From NCBI GenBank assembly GCA_963775425.1, contig CAVZJB010000007.1, forward strand, positions 64,001 to 128,000: DNA of 64,000 nucleotides, read 5' to 3'. The translations under genes were made by a program, and so were the position numbers. The notes under the pieces were generated by a model. It saw only the letters and a list, made by a program, of their open reading frames with translations. It was not told the DNA's origin and did no database searches. Shown here in pieces: positions 1 through 8,720 of this stretch. Source of the DNA: an uncultured delta proteobacterium. Lineage in GTDB: Bacteria; Myxococcota; UBA727; VGSZ01. The number at the start of each line of letters is the position of its first letter. Within the stretch, counting starts at the first letter, position 1.

Positions 1-576
1 CGCCTCCTCGACGCCGCCGAGTCGCTCCTCGAGGAGCTGCCCTGGGACGCCATCACCGTGGCGGCGCTGGTGGCGCGCGCGAAGTCGTCGGTGGGCGCCT
101 TCTACGCGCGCTTCCCCGACAAGGACTCGCTCTTGCAACATCTGCACGCGCGACGCTCCAACGAGGCGGTGCAGACCGCGGACCAGGCGCTCGCGCGCGA
201 CCGGTGGCAGGGCGTGTCGCTCGAGCAACTGGTGCGCTCGTTGGTGGCGTTCACCGCGCGCGACTACATCGAGCACGCGGGCTTCCACCGCGAGATCGTG
301 CGGCGCAACAGCGTGGACCCGCGCTTCCGCGAGCGCTCCGCGCAGGTGGGCGCCCACACCTGTCGCCTGGTGGCGAGCCTGCTCGAGGACCGCCGCGCCG
401 ACATCCAGGTGAACGACACCATGCGCGCGGCGGACATGGTCCACCGCATCCTGTTTTCCGTCCTCGACCAGCGCACGCAATTCTTCGACTGTTCCCCCGG
501 CGTGCACACGCTGACGCCCGACGAGCTGGTCGACGAGATCGTGCGCGCCTGTCTCGGGTACCTCGGAGCGCGATGA
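1..576 (+). CDS. TetR/AcrR family transcriptional regulator (5' end outside window)
   Basis: Frame is open from base 1: RLLDAAESLLEELPWDAITVAALVARAKSSVGAFYARFPDKDSLL is a TetR HTH; its stop overlaps the next ATG (ATGA at 573-576). Confidence 0.88.
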   Translation, partial: RLLDAAESLLEELPWDAITVAALVARAKSSVGAFYARFPDKDSLLQHLHARRSNEAVQTADQALARDRWQGVSLEQLVRSLVAFTARDYIEHAGFHREIVRRNSVDPRFRERSAQVGAHTCRLVASLLEDRRADIQVNDTMRAADMVHRILFSVLDQRTQFFDCSPGVHTLTPDELVDEIVRACLGYLGAR

Positions 577-1676
577 CCGGTGCGCCCCGCCTCGCCCTCG
601 TCGTCGTCGTCGTCGTGGTCGCCGCGGCGTGCGCATCCGACGTGGCGCGACCGGCGGCGACCGTGAAGCCCATCGTCGCTGCGTTCGGCGACGACGCGGG
701 GCGCGGCAACCTCCTCGGCGTGCAGCCGTGGCTGACGCCGCTCGACTACGCCACCCCCGGGCGCCTCGACCACAAGCTGCGCGGCCTGCTCGACGAGGCC
801 AAGGCGCGAGGGCTCCTCGGCCCGCGGACGGTGGTGGTCTTCCCCGAGTACATGGGCGCGTGGCTCGTCGGCGTCGACGAAGGCCGCGGCGTGCTCGAGG
901 CGGCGCACATCGCGAGCGCCATGCGCTCCCTCGCCGCCGCCCACCCGATCGACTTCGCCGCCGCCGCGCTCGGCGCGCCCGCGCACGACGCCATGGCGTA
1001 CGCCGCGTTCGCCGTGAAGGCCAGGCGGATGGCCCAGGTGCACGAGCAGATCTTCTCGGCCATCGCCCGCGACTACGAGGTCACCGTCGCCGGCGCGAGC
1101 ACGCTGCTGCCGGGCGCCGTCGTCGAGGGCGGACACATCGCCGTCACCCCGGGCGCGCCCCTGCAAAACGTCGCGTTCCTGTTTCACCCCGACGGCACCG
1201 TCGATCCGCAGGTGGCGCGCAAGGCGTTCCCCACCGCCGACGAGCGGCCCTTCGTCGCCGCCGCCGCCGTCGGCGACCTGCCCGTCTACGACACGCCCGC
1301 CGGCGCGCTCGGCGTCGTCATCTGCGCGGACTCGTGGTTCCCGCAGACCTACGACGTGCTCCACGACAAGGGCGCCGCGCTCATCGCCGTGCCCGTGTTC
1401 ATCGACGGCGACTGGGACCTGCCGTGGAAGGGCTACTCCGGGCAGCCGGCGCCCCACGACGTCGACGCGCACGACGTCGGCGCGCTCACGGAGCGAGAAG
1501 CGTGGGCGAAGTACGCGCTGCCCGGCCGCGCCAACGTCGACAAGGCGCTGCTGGTGCCCCTGCGCGGGGCGCTGTGGGACCTGCGCGACAGCGGGCGCCC
1601 CCTCGTCGTGAACGGCGCCGCCCGCGACGCCGGGCCCGAGGCGGACGGCCCGCTCCTCGTGAGCTTGTGGCTTTGA
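573..1676 (+). CDS. Carbon-nitrogen hydrolase (nitrilase superfamily) lipoprotein
   Basis: Signal peptide ending VVAAAC; Glu-Lys-Cys triad motifs VVFPEY, ARKAF, VICADSW. Confidence 0.8.
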   Translation: MTGAPRLALVVVVVVVAAACASDVARPAATVKPIVAAFGDDAGRGNLLGVQPWLTPLDYATPGRLDHKLRGLLDEAKARGLLGPRTVVVFPEYMGAWLVGVDEGRGVLEAAHIASAMRSLAAAHPIDFAAAALGAPAHDAMAYAAFAVKARRMAQVHEQIFSAIARDYEVTVAGASTLLPGAVVEGGHIAVTPGAPLQNVAFLFHPDGTVDPQVARKAFPTADERPFVAAAAVGDLPVYDTPAGALGVVICADSWFPQTYDVLHDKGAALIAVPVFIDGDWDLPWKGYSGQPAPHDVDAHDVGALTEREAWAKYALPGRANVDKALLVPLRGALWDLRDSGRPLVVNGAARDAGPEADGPLLVSLWL

Positions 1677-1707
1677 GGAATTTACGAGAGCGGAGTAGAG
1701 GGCGCGC

Positions 1708-2601
1708 ATGATCAAAAACGCCCTGGCCGCCACCGCGGCCGCCGCCGCGCTCTTCGCCTGCACCCCGAAAGAGGCCGACGCCAAGAAGCCCGACACGAAA
1801 GCCACGCCGGAGACGCCCACGGCAAACGGTGACATCCCCGCGCCGCCCGACGTCGCCGCGCCCCCGGCGGACGCCGAGAAGAGCCCGAGCGGCCTCGCCT
1901 CCAAGGTGCTCGTGAAGGGCACCGGCACCGAGCACCCGGAGGCGCAGGACACCGTCGAGGTGAACTACACCGGCTGGACCAAGGACGGGCACATGTTCGA
2001 CTCCTCGGTGAAGCGCCACCACACCATCAAGTTCCCGCTCAACCGGGTGATCAAGGGCTGGACCGAGGGCGTGCAGCTCATGGTCACGGGCGAGAAGCGC
2101 CGGTTCTGGATCCCCGCGGACCTCGCCTACGGCGACACCCCGCGCCGCCCGGGGGCGCCCTCGGGCCAGCTCACCTTCGACGTCGAGCTCGTGAGCATCG
2201 AGAAGGCGCCCAAGCCCCTGCCGGTGCCGTCCACGCCGCCCGACGTCGCCGCCGTCCCCAAGGACGCCAAGACCACCCCGAGCGGCCTCGCCTACAAGGT
2301 GCTCGAGAAGGGCACGGGCTCGGTGCACCCCACGCCCGCCGACACCGTCGAGGTGCATTACGCGGGCTGGACCACCGACGGCCACATGTTCGACAACTCC
2401 TACTCGCGCGGGCAGACCACCAAGTTCCCGCTGCTCGGCGTCATCAAGGGCTGGACCGAGGGTGTGCAGCTCATGACCGTCGGCGAGAAGATGCGCTTCT
2501 GGATCCCGGCAAACCTGGCCTACGGCGACAACCCGCGGCCGGGTGCGCCCAAGGGGATGCTGGTGTTCGACATCCAGCTCGTGAGCATCCAGGGCAAATA
2601 G
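1708..2601 (+). CDS. Tandem two-domain FKBP-type peptidyl-prolyl isomerase, lipoprotein
   Basis: Lipobox LFAC; two copies of V.V.Y.GWT.DG.MFD.S...VIKGWTEG.QLM..GEK.RFWIP..LAYG. Confidence 0.95.
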   Translation: MIKNALAATAAAAALFACTPKEADAKKPDTKATPETPTANGDIPAPPDVAAPPADAEKSPSGLASKVLVKGTGTEHPEAQDTVEVNYTGWTKDGHMFDSSVKRHHTIKFPLNRVIKGWTEGVQLMVTGEKRRFWIPADLAYGDTPRRPGAPSGQLTFDVELVSIEKAPKPLPVPSTPPDVAAVPKDAKTTPSGLAYKVLEKGTGSVHPTPADTVEVHYAGWTTDGHMFDNSYSRGQTTKFPLLGVIKGWTEGVQLMTVGEKMRFWIPANLAYGDNPRPGAPKGMLVFDIQLVSIQGK

Positions 2602-2605
2602 GCTC

Positions 2606-3061
2606 TCAGGGCGTCTCGAGCGTCGTCCTCAGGCTGGCGACGTCGATGCGGATGTCCACGGCCCGCGCGGCGGCGTCGCAGGTGGCGCCGCTGTGGACGA
2701 CGACCTCGGCGGCGCCGGCGTCGGGGACGATGGAGACGTTCACCGACGTCGACACGGCGAGGCCCGCGCCGTCGAACTGCCGACCGGTGACGGTGCCGCC
2801 GTCGGCGACGAACTCGTCCGCGAGGCCGACGCCGGTCTCGGCGAACGTGTTGAGCGACAGCGTGAGCGTGAGCGTGCCCCCGCCGCTGTCGCTGGTGAAC
2901 GCCGAGAGCCACAGGTTGATGTCGTCGGCCGGCGCGCAGGCCTGCGGCGGGAACGCGACCAGGTTCGCGGAGGTGATGGGGCAGCCCACCATGCTGACGC
3001 TGACCGCGCCGGCGCCGATGACGAGGAGGGGCTTTCCGTGACGGGGGCGGCGCCGTGCCAT
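2606..3061 (-). CDS. Putative lipoprotein of unknown function
   Basis: Basic N-terminus MARRRPRHGK, hydrophobic stretch, then SMVG-C and ITSANLVAFPP; beta-rich mature part. Confidence 0.6.
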   Translation of the reverse strand: MARRRPRHGKPLLVIGAGAVSVSMVGCPITSANLVAFPPQACAPADDINLWLSAFTSDSGGGTLTLTLSLNTFAETGVGLADEFVADGGTVTGRQFDGAGLAVSTSVNVSIVPDAGAAEVVVHSGATCDAAARAVDIRIDVASLRTTLETP

Positions 3062-3081
3062 GTCGCGTATCTTGCCCCACG

Positions 3082-4413
3082 GTGACCCACTCGCAAAGCG
3101 CCGCGGATCCACCGAGCGTCGACGGCGGCGCGCGCGGGCTCTCCCCGGGGATCGCGCTCGCCGCGCTCCGCGTCTTGCTCGCGGCGGCCGTGCTCCTCTC
3201 CGCCGACGTGTGGCGCGCGCCGCTGACCGTGCCGGCCCCGGGCGCGCCGGCGACGGCGCCCGCGCTCTTCGGTGCGCCGTGGCTGTGGCTGCCGCGCAGC
3301 GCGGGCGTCGTGCACGCCCTCGTCGCCGTCGTCGTCGTGAGCGCGGCGCTGGTGCTCGCGGGGGCGGCGACGCGCGCGTCGTCGACGGTGCTGACGCTGT
3401 CGTTGACGGTGCTCCTCGGCCTCGTGCAGTTGCAGGGCACGCCCGTCCACGTGCACCACCTCGCGTGGATGGCGGCGCTCGTGGCGGCGGGCGGCGCGGG
3501 CGGCTCCTTCTCGGTGGACGCGCTCGTGCGGCGGTGGCGCGGCGGCGACACGGGGCTGCGCGGGGCGCGCGCGGGGCGGGACGCCGGCGCGGCGATCGCC
3601 CTGCGCGCCGCGGCGTTGGTGCTCGCGCTCGTGTACTTCTTTCCCGGGCTGCACAAGCTCGTCGACGCGGGCTCGCCGTTTTTCGACGGGGCGTCGCTTC
3701 AGCGCCTGATCCGCTTGAAGGCGCTCGAGGCCGGCGGCGACGTCCCCTTCGGCCTCGACGCGCACCCCGCGCTCCTCGTCGCCGGCGGCGCCGTCGTCAT
3801 CGGCGTGGAGCTGTCGATGCCGCTCCTGGCGTGCCTGCGTCCGTGGACGGCGGGCGTGGCCGCGCTCGTTCTCCACGCGGTGTTCGCGGTCGGCTTCCAT
3901 ATGCCCTTCGGCGTGCTCGCGATCTTCGCGCCGGTGTTCTTCCTCGACGAGGCCGCGCGCCGCGCGTCCGCCGGCGCCCGCCACGGCGTCGCCGATCGCG
4001 GCGGCCTCTCCGCGGCGCCGCGCGCCGGTCTCGCGGTGGCAGGCGTGGTGCTCACGGGCGTCGTCGTCGCCGGCGCGCTCGGCGAGATGCGCGGGTATCC
4101 GTTCGCCTGCTACCCCACGTTCGCCGTGCCCGTGCCCCACGCCGTGCCCGACCTGCGCGTCTTCGTGGGCGCGCAAGCGAGCGCGCTTCCGTACGGCGTC
4201 CTCGCGCCCGAAGACGTGCGCACCGCCGTCGTCGCCGCCGCCCGCCGCGTGCGCACCGCCGGCGACGCCCGCCGCTTCCTCGCGTGGCGCATGCGCGATC
4301 CGCGCTTCGCCGCGGCCGTCGCCGGCGCCCGCGCGCGCGTCGTCCTCTTCGACGTCAACCTCGACGACATGCGCCGGTACAACGAGCGGACCGTCTCCGT
4401 CGACGTCCCGTGA
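3082..4413 (+). CDS. HTTM-like multi-pass membrane protein
   Basis: Several TM helices, YFFPGLHKL motif, YPF..YPTF near the C-terminus; GTG start 8 nt after TATCTT. Confidence 0.55.
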   Translation: MTHSQSAADPPSVDGGARGLSPGIALAALRVLLAAAVLLSADVWRAPLTVPAPGAPATAPALFGAPWLWLPRSAGVVHALVAVVVVSAALVLAGAATRASSTVLTLSLTVLLGLVQLQGTPVHVHHLAWMAALVAAGGAGGSFSVDALVRRWRGGDTGLRGARAGRDAGAAIALRAAALVLALVYFFPGLHKLVDAGSPFFDGASLQRLIRLKALEAGGDVPFGLDAHPALLVAGGAVVIGVELSMPLLACLRPWTAGVAALVLHAVFAVGFHMPFGVLAIFAPVFFLDEAARRASAGARHGVADRGGLSAAPRAGLAVAGVVLTGVVVAGALGEMRGYPFACYPTFAVPVPHAVPDLRVFVGAQASALPYGVLAPEDVRTAVVAAARRVRTAGDARRFLAWRMRDPRFAAAVAGARARVVLFDVNLDDMRRYNERTVSVDVP

Positions 4414-4444
4414 ACGCTTGCCGCTCGACGTCGCGCGGCGAGCG

Positions 4445-5233
4445 TCACAGGGAGATGCCGCGCTCGGCCAGGGGGCGGCGGACGCGCTCCTCGAGAGACC
4501 GCTTGGCGAGCGACAGGTACGGGGCGTCGCCGATCCAGCCGAGGCCGTTGGAGGGCAGGGAGCCGCGGGCGGCGATCGGCCGCCAGAGCTTTCTGAGCTC
4601 ACCCACGGCGTGCGCCGCCACCGCCGACAGGTGCGCGCGATCGGCGTCGTCGAGGAACGGCGCGGCCCAGTCGAGGAACGTCCACCCGACCACCCCGTGG
4701 GCCGCCTCGTCGCGCACGATGCGCCCGAGCACCGCGCGCGCGAGCGGGTAGCGCGCGTCCTGCCAGGCGGCGTGCAGGAGCGGGATCGAGAGGGCCTCAC
4801 CGACGCAGAAGGTGCGCACCACCAGCTCCGCCGCGCGCAACAACGGCGGCAAGGACGGCGACGGATCGATGACCAGGTCCTCGACGGTGTGCGTGAGCTC
4901 CACGGCCCCGCCGAGCGCCATCGCCATGCGCGCCGCCAGCTCCACGTGCGCCATCTCGTCGACGGGGAAGCGCGCGAAGATGGCCGTGAGGTCCACCGGC
5001 GCCTTGCACTCGAACAACGCCCGCAGCGTCGCCGTGCACTGCGCCCCCGTCCGATGCTCCTGAAACGCCGCCAGCGTCCACTGCATGCGCGCCTCGGCGA
5101 CGACGTCGGCGGGCAGCCCTGCGTCCGCCAGCGAGCCCCAGGGCATGCTCTCGATGTCGGGGCGCGCGGCGCGCCAGCGGCGCTCGGTGGCCCCGCCCCA
5201 AAGCTCGAGCTCGAAGACCTCGGGGTCGCTCAT
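4445..5233 (-). CDS. Ferritin-like (diiron four-helix bundle) domain protein
   Basis: Paired DExxH motifs (DEMAHVE, DEAAHG) with upstream Glu (FQEHRT, VGEAL). Confidence 0.8.
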   Translation of the reverse strand: MSDPEVFELELWGGATERRWRAARPDIESMPWGSLADAGLPADVVAEARMQWTLAAFQEHRTGAQCTATLRALFECKAPVDLTAIFARFPVDEMAHVELAARMAMALGGAVELTHTVEDLVIDPSPSLPPLLRAAELVVRTFCVGEALSIPLLHAAWQDARYPLARAVLGRIVRDEAAHGVVGWTFLDWAAPFLDDADRAHLSAVAAHAVGELRKLWRPIAARGSLPSNGLGWIGDAPYLSLAKRSLEERVRRPLAERGISL

Positions 5234-5289
5234 GGCGCGGGGCTCACGGCGCGGGGCTCACGGCGCGGGGCTCACGGCGCGGCGCTCAC
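5234..5289. repeat. Four tandem copies of a 14-bp unit GGCGCGGGGCTCAC (fourth copy GGCGCGGCGCTCAC)
   Basis: Read directly; units at 5234, 5248, 5262 and 5276 fill the whole gap between rseP and the ferritin-like gene. Confidence 0.95.
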
Positions 5290-7100
5290 GGCGAAAAGAG
5301 CCCGAGCACGTCGTTGGTGAGGGCGACCACCATCAGGATGCCGATGAGGACGAGCCCCACGAGCACCGCCTTGCGGCGGGTCTCGCCGCTGATCTTCTTG
5401 CGCGTGACGAGCTCGATGACGAAGAACATCAGGTGCCCGCCGTCGAGGACGGGGATCGGGATCATGTTCATCACGGCGAGGTTCACGCTGATGAGCCCCA
5501 TGATCGACACGTAGCTCGCGGCGCCGAGCTCCGCCGCCTGGCCCGAGAGCTTGGCGATGCCGATGGGCCCGGAGAGCGCCTGCAGGCCCACGCCGCCGGT
5601 GACCAGCATCGCGAAGCCGCGGAAGACGTCGAGCACGAGGTCACCGGTCTGGTCCACCGCGCGCCGCGCGGCCTCGACGGGGGACACCGTGCGCTCGACC
5701 ATGGGGCCGTCGCCCATCGACGAGGACAGCGCCACGCCGAACACCTTGAGCCCGCCCATCTGGCGCTGCGGCGCGGGCAACATGCGGAACGCGAGCACGC
5801 GCGCGCCGCCGGCGCCGGTGACGCCCACGACGTGGATGCCGTCAGGGTCCGCGTTGAGCGGCGCCTGGAGGTCCTGGGGCGTGACCAGCTTCTTGCCGTC
5901 GACGGCGACGATGCGGTCGCCGGCCACGAGGCCCTTCTCCGCGGCCACCGTGCGCGGCTCCACGTGGGCGACGAGGCCGTCGACCGGGGACAGGCCGAAG
6001 CGGCGGGCGGCGTCGGCCTGCGCGGCGCGCGTGGACGCGAGCGTCTGCGCCACGCGGCCGCTCACCGGGTCCGTCGACAGCTCGTCGCCGGTGACGCCGA
6101 AGCGATCGACCGCGATCTCGACGGGGGCCGCCTCCTCCGCCGTGAGCGTCACCGTGCGCGGCTTGCCGTCGGGGGCCGCAGCCGCGGGGGCCACGGCGTC
6201 GTCGTCCTCGTGCTCGCCGTCGTGCGCGCCGTCGTCGGCGCCGGCCGCGGGCGCCGCCCCACCGGCCTTGCCGGCGGCCGCGCCGTCGTGCACGACCTCG
6301 ACGGTGGCCGTGCCCGCGGCCGCGGCCGCGTCGAGGGCCGCCATCAGCTCGTCCTTGCTCTGAACGGGCGTGCCGTCGACGGCGGTGACGCGGTCGCGGT
6401 CGCGAATGCCCGCGGCGGCCGCGGGGCTGTCAGGCTCCACGAGGACGGTGGGCAGCTCGACGCCGGCGAGGATGCCGAGGCGGCCGACGGTGCGCTTGCG
6501 GTCGAAGATTGTGGGATCGCGCGCGGCCCGCGGCGTGACCTCGAGATCGAAGGTCTTGCCGGCGCGCTCCACCGTGAGGCGCAGGGGCACGCCGGGGCGC
6601 GGCTCGACGAAGGCCTGCAGGTCCGAAAACAGCGTCACCGGCGTGCCGCCCACCGCGACGATGCGGTCGCCGGAGCGCAGACCGCCCTGGGCCGCGGGCT
6701 CGCCGTCGATCACCGTGCCCGCCACCGCCGCCGGCACGGTCTCGTGCCCCACGTTGAGGCCGAACAGCAGCGCCACCGGCAGCAGGATGTTCGCGAGCGG
6801 CCCCGCCACCGCGATGGCCGACTTCTTGAGGAACGGCTGGCCCAGGAAGGAGCGGTGCAGCTCCTCGGGAGGAATTTCCTCCTCGATGTCGTCGCCGTAC
6901 ATCTTCACGTAGCCGCCGAGCGGCAGCGCGGAGATGCGGTACTCGGTCTCGCCGCGCCGGAAGCCGACGAGCCGTGGGCCGAAGCCGATGCTGAAGGTCA
7001 GCACGCGGACGCCGCAGGCCTTGGCGACGAAAAAATGCCCCGCCTCGTGGACGGTGATCAAGATGCCGAGGAGCGCCACGAAGGCGACGACTGTCAACAC
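5286..7100 (-). CDS. rseP: RIP metalloprotease RseP (M50 family, PDZ domains)
   Basis: HEAGH zinc motif, FSIGFGP, LPLGGYVKM, three PDZ-like GDR(I/V).AV repeats, NMIPIPVLDGGH; start GTG 7100 (alternative ATG 7124). Confidence 0.93.
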   Translation of the reverse strand: MLTVVAFVALLGILITVHEAGHFFVAKACGVRVLTFSIGFGPRLVGFRRGETEYRISALPLGGYVKMYGDDIEEEIPPEELHRSFLGQPFLKKSAIAVAGPLANILLPVALLFGLNVGHETVPAAVAGTVIDGEPAAQGGLRSGDRIVAVGGTPVTLFSDLQAFVEPRPGVPLRLTVERAGKTFDLEVTPRAARDPTIFDRKRTVGRLGILAGVELPTVLVEPDSPAAAAGIRDRDRVTAVDGTPVQSKDELMAALDAAAAAGTATVEVVHDGAAAGKAGGAAPAAGADDGAHDGEHEDDDAVAPAAAAPDGKPRTVTLTAEEAAPVEIAVDRFGVTGDELSTDPVSGRVAQTLASTRAAQADAARRFGLSPVDGLVAHVEPRTVAAEKGLVAGDRIVAVDGKKLVTPQDLQAPLNADPDGIHVVGVTGAGGARVLAFRMLPAPQRQMGGLKVFGVALSSSMGDGPMVERTVSPVEAARRAVDQTGDLVLDVFRGFAMLVTGGVGLQALSGPIGIAKLSGQAAELGAASYVSIMGLISVNLAVMNMIPIPVLDGGHLMFFVIELVTRKKISGETRRKAVLVGLVLIGILMVVALTNDVLGLFSP

Positions 7101-7107
7101 GCGGAAA

Positions 7108-7116
7108 GCATATCCT
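7108..7116. promoter_or_regulatory. Overlapping divergent -10 elements (TATCCT on +, TATGCT on -)
   Basis: AGCATATCCT lies 6-7 nt before both the ATG at 7123 (+) and the GTG at 7100 (-); there is no room for a Shine-Dalgarno. Confidence 0.55.
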
Positions 7117-7122
7117 CTCGCC

Positions 7123-7689
7123 ATGGCGTCGCCGTCACTTTCGACCTCCCTTTCGTGCGCGATCGCCGTCGTCGCGCTCGCCTCCGGCTGCAAGCCCGAC
7201 GTGCTCTCGGCCACCTCGGTCGAGGGAGGCGAGGGGTGGGTACGCGCGCACGTGCCCAAGGGCGACGGCTGGCACTGCGCCGCGCACGACGCCGACAAGG
7301 AGACGTTCCAGTTCCGCGGCGTCAAGTGTCAGTACGACGCCGGCGTCGTCATGACCGCCAAGCTCTACGACGTCGACACCGGCGACGCGCGCACGGCGCA
7401 GCTCTTCTGCATCCAGGACTGGAGGCAGGCGTACGCCGCAGTGTTCAAAGACGTGATGACGTACACCCACGACGTCGTCGACTGGCACGGCGTGCCCGCG
7501 TGCAAGGTCGTGATCGACGGCGCGTCGACCAAGGGTCCCTGGCACCTGTTCGAGATCCACGCGCCGAACGGGCGGCGCATGCTGCAGCTCACGGTGATGG
7601 GATCGCTGCCGGTGGTGGACAAGGAGCAAAAGGTCGTCGACGCGTGGCTCGACAATCTGCACTACGACCTGCGCCTGCCGGGGCAGTGA
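7123..7689 (+). CDS. Hypothetical lipoprotein
   Basis: Lipobox LASG-C; typical codon usage. Confidence 0.7.
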   Translation: MASPSLSTSLSCAIAVVALASGCKPDVLSATSVEGGEGWVRAHVPKGDGWHCAAHDADKETFQFRGVKCQYDAGVVMTAKLYDVDTGDARTAQLFCIQDWRQAYAAVFKDVMTYTHDVVDWHGVPACKVVIDGASTKGPWHLFEIHAPNGRRMLQLTVMGSLPVVDKEQKVVDAWLDNLHYDLRLPGQ

Positions 7690-7698
7690 CGGCGCGCC

Positions 7699-7875
7699 TC
7701 AGCCCTTCTTCGGGGCCTTGTTCTTCGCCGCCTCCGCGTCGGGGGCCTCGACGTTGGCCTCGGCGTCGGGATCCTCGGCCTCGGCCCGCTTCAACAGCTC
7801 GGCGAGCTCGTCCTTCGACATCCGCTGCGTCGCCGCCGCTTGCTTGAGCGGCGGGGCCTTCTTCTTGTCCGTCAT
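7699..7875 (-). CDS. Small charged protein, 58 aa (absent from ORF track)
   Basis: MTDKKKAPPLKQAAATQRMSKDELAELLKRAEAEDPDAEANVEAPDAEAAKNKAPKKG; G/C-ending codons; TACAGT 6 nt upstream. Confidence 0.65.
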   Translation of the reverse strand: MTDKKKAPPLKQAAATQRMSKDELAELLKRAEAEDPDAEANVEAPDAEAAKNKAPKKG

Positions 7876-7887
7876 GAGCTCACTGTA

Positions 7888-8631
7888 TCAGGTGTGCGCG
7901 GGGGCGAGGCGGCCGTCCTTGACGACGAAGTCTTCGGCGACGGCGGGCGCGAGCGGCTTGGTGGCGTCGATGGCCACGCCGAGGCGCTGCATGGCGGCCG
8001 CGGTGTGACGCAGGACGCGCGCGGAGCGGGACTCGTCGCACACCATCGCCTGCAGCTTCTGAGACACCCCGTCGTGCAGCGACGCGATCTTCGGCCACAT
8101 GCGCTCGAAGGCGTCGATGCACGAGCACTGGACGTCGTCACCGTGGTCGTCGAGGTACGGGAGCACGGCCTCGGCGGCGCGCGGGTCGTTGTCCATGGAG
8201 ATGCAGAAGACGAGCTCGGCCTTGCCCTGCGTGGTGCGGTAGTCCTCGGGGGAGCGCGCCTTGAGCGCCTCGACGAGGTCGAGGATGTACGTGTCGTGGT
8301 CCACCAGGCGCTGCAGCGCCTTGGCCGCGAACGCGATGGCGTTCTCCTTCTTGAGGAACATCTTGAGCGCCATGCGCGCCGGCTCCCCGCGCTGCACGAG
8401 CTCGTCCACGAGCCACTTCTTCTCCTCCTCGTCCCAGTGCGGCGACTGCGCGACGACGGCGAACCGGGTGAGCGCGCCCTGGATGGCCTCGGGGGTGCCC
8501 CAGCCGAGCAGGCGCTCCATGGCCTCGCGGCGGTATTCGGGCTGCGCGTAGCGCTCCTTCACCTTCACAACGAGCTTTTCGATGTTCTTCTGCGTCGGCT
8601 TGTCGCCACCAAAGATGCTGAGAAGGCCCAT
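7888..8631 (-). CDS. HEAT-repeat (alpha-solenoid) protein
   Basis: MGLLSIFGG start; repeated helical motifs (RREAMERL, LPYLDDHGDDVQ). Confidence 0.7.
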   Translation of the reverse strand: MGLLSIFGGDKPTQKNIEKLVVKVKERYAQPEYRREAMERLLGWGTPEAIQGALTRFAVVAQSPHWDEEEKKWLVDELVQRGEPARMALKMFLKKENAIAFAAKALQRLVDHDTYILDLVEALKARSPEDYRTTQGKAELVFCISMDNDPRAAEAVLPYLDDHGDDVQCSCIDAFERMWPKIASLHDGVSQKLQAMVCDESRSARVLRHTAAAMQRLGVAIDATKPLAPAVAEDFVVKDGRLAPAHT

Positions 8632-8720
8632 GGAGGCTGCATACGCACCGCCGGGGCCGCTGGCTAGGGGGCACGATGCTCCCCTTGACGTCGACGTCGG
8701 CGCACGCGACATGCCGCAGC

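Noticed and set aside
5234-5289. Repeat as a CRISPR array
   Set aside because: Units are 14 bp and directly adjacent with no spacers; no cas genes in the window.
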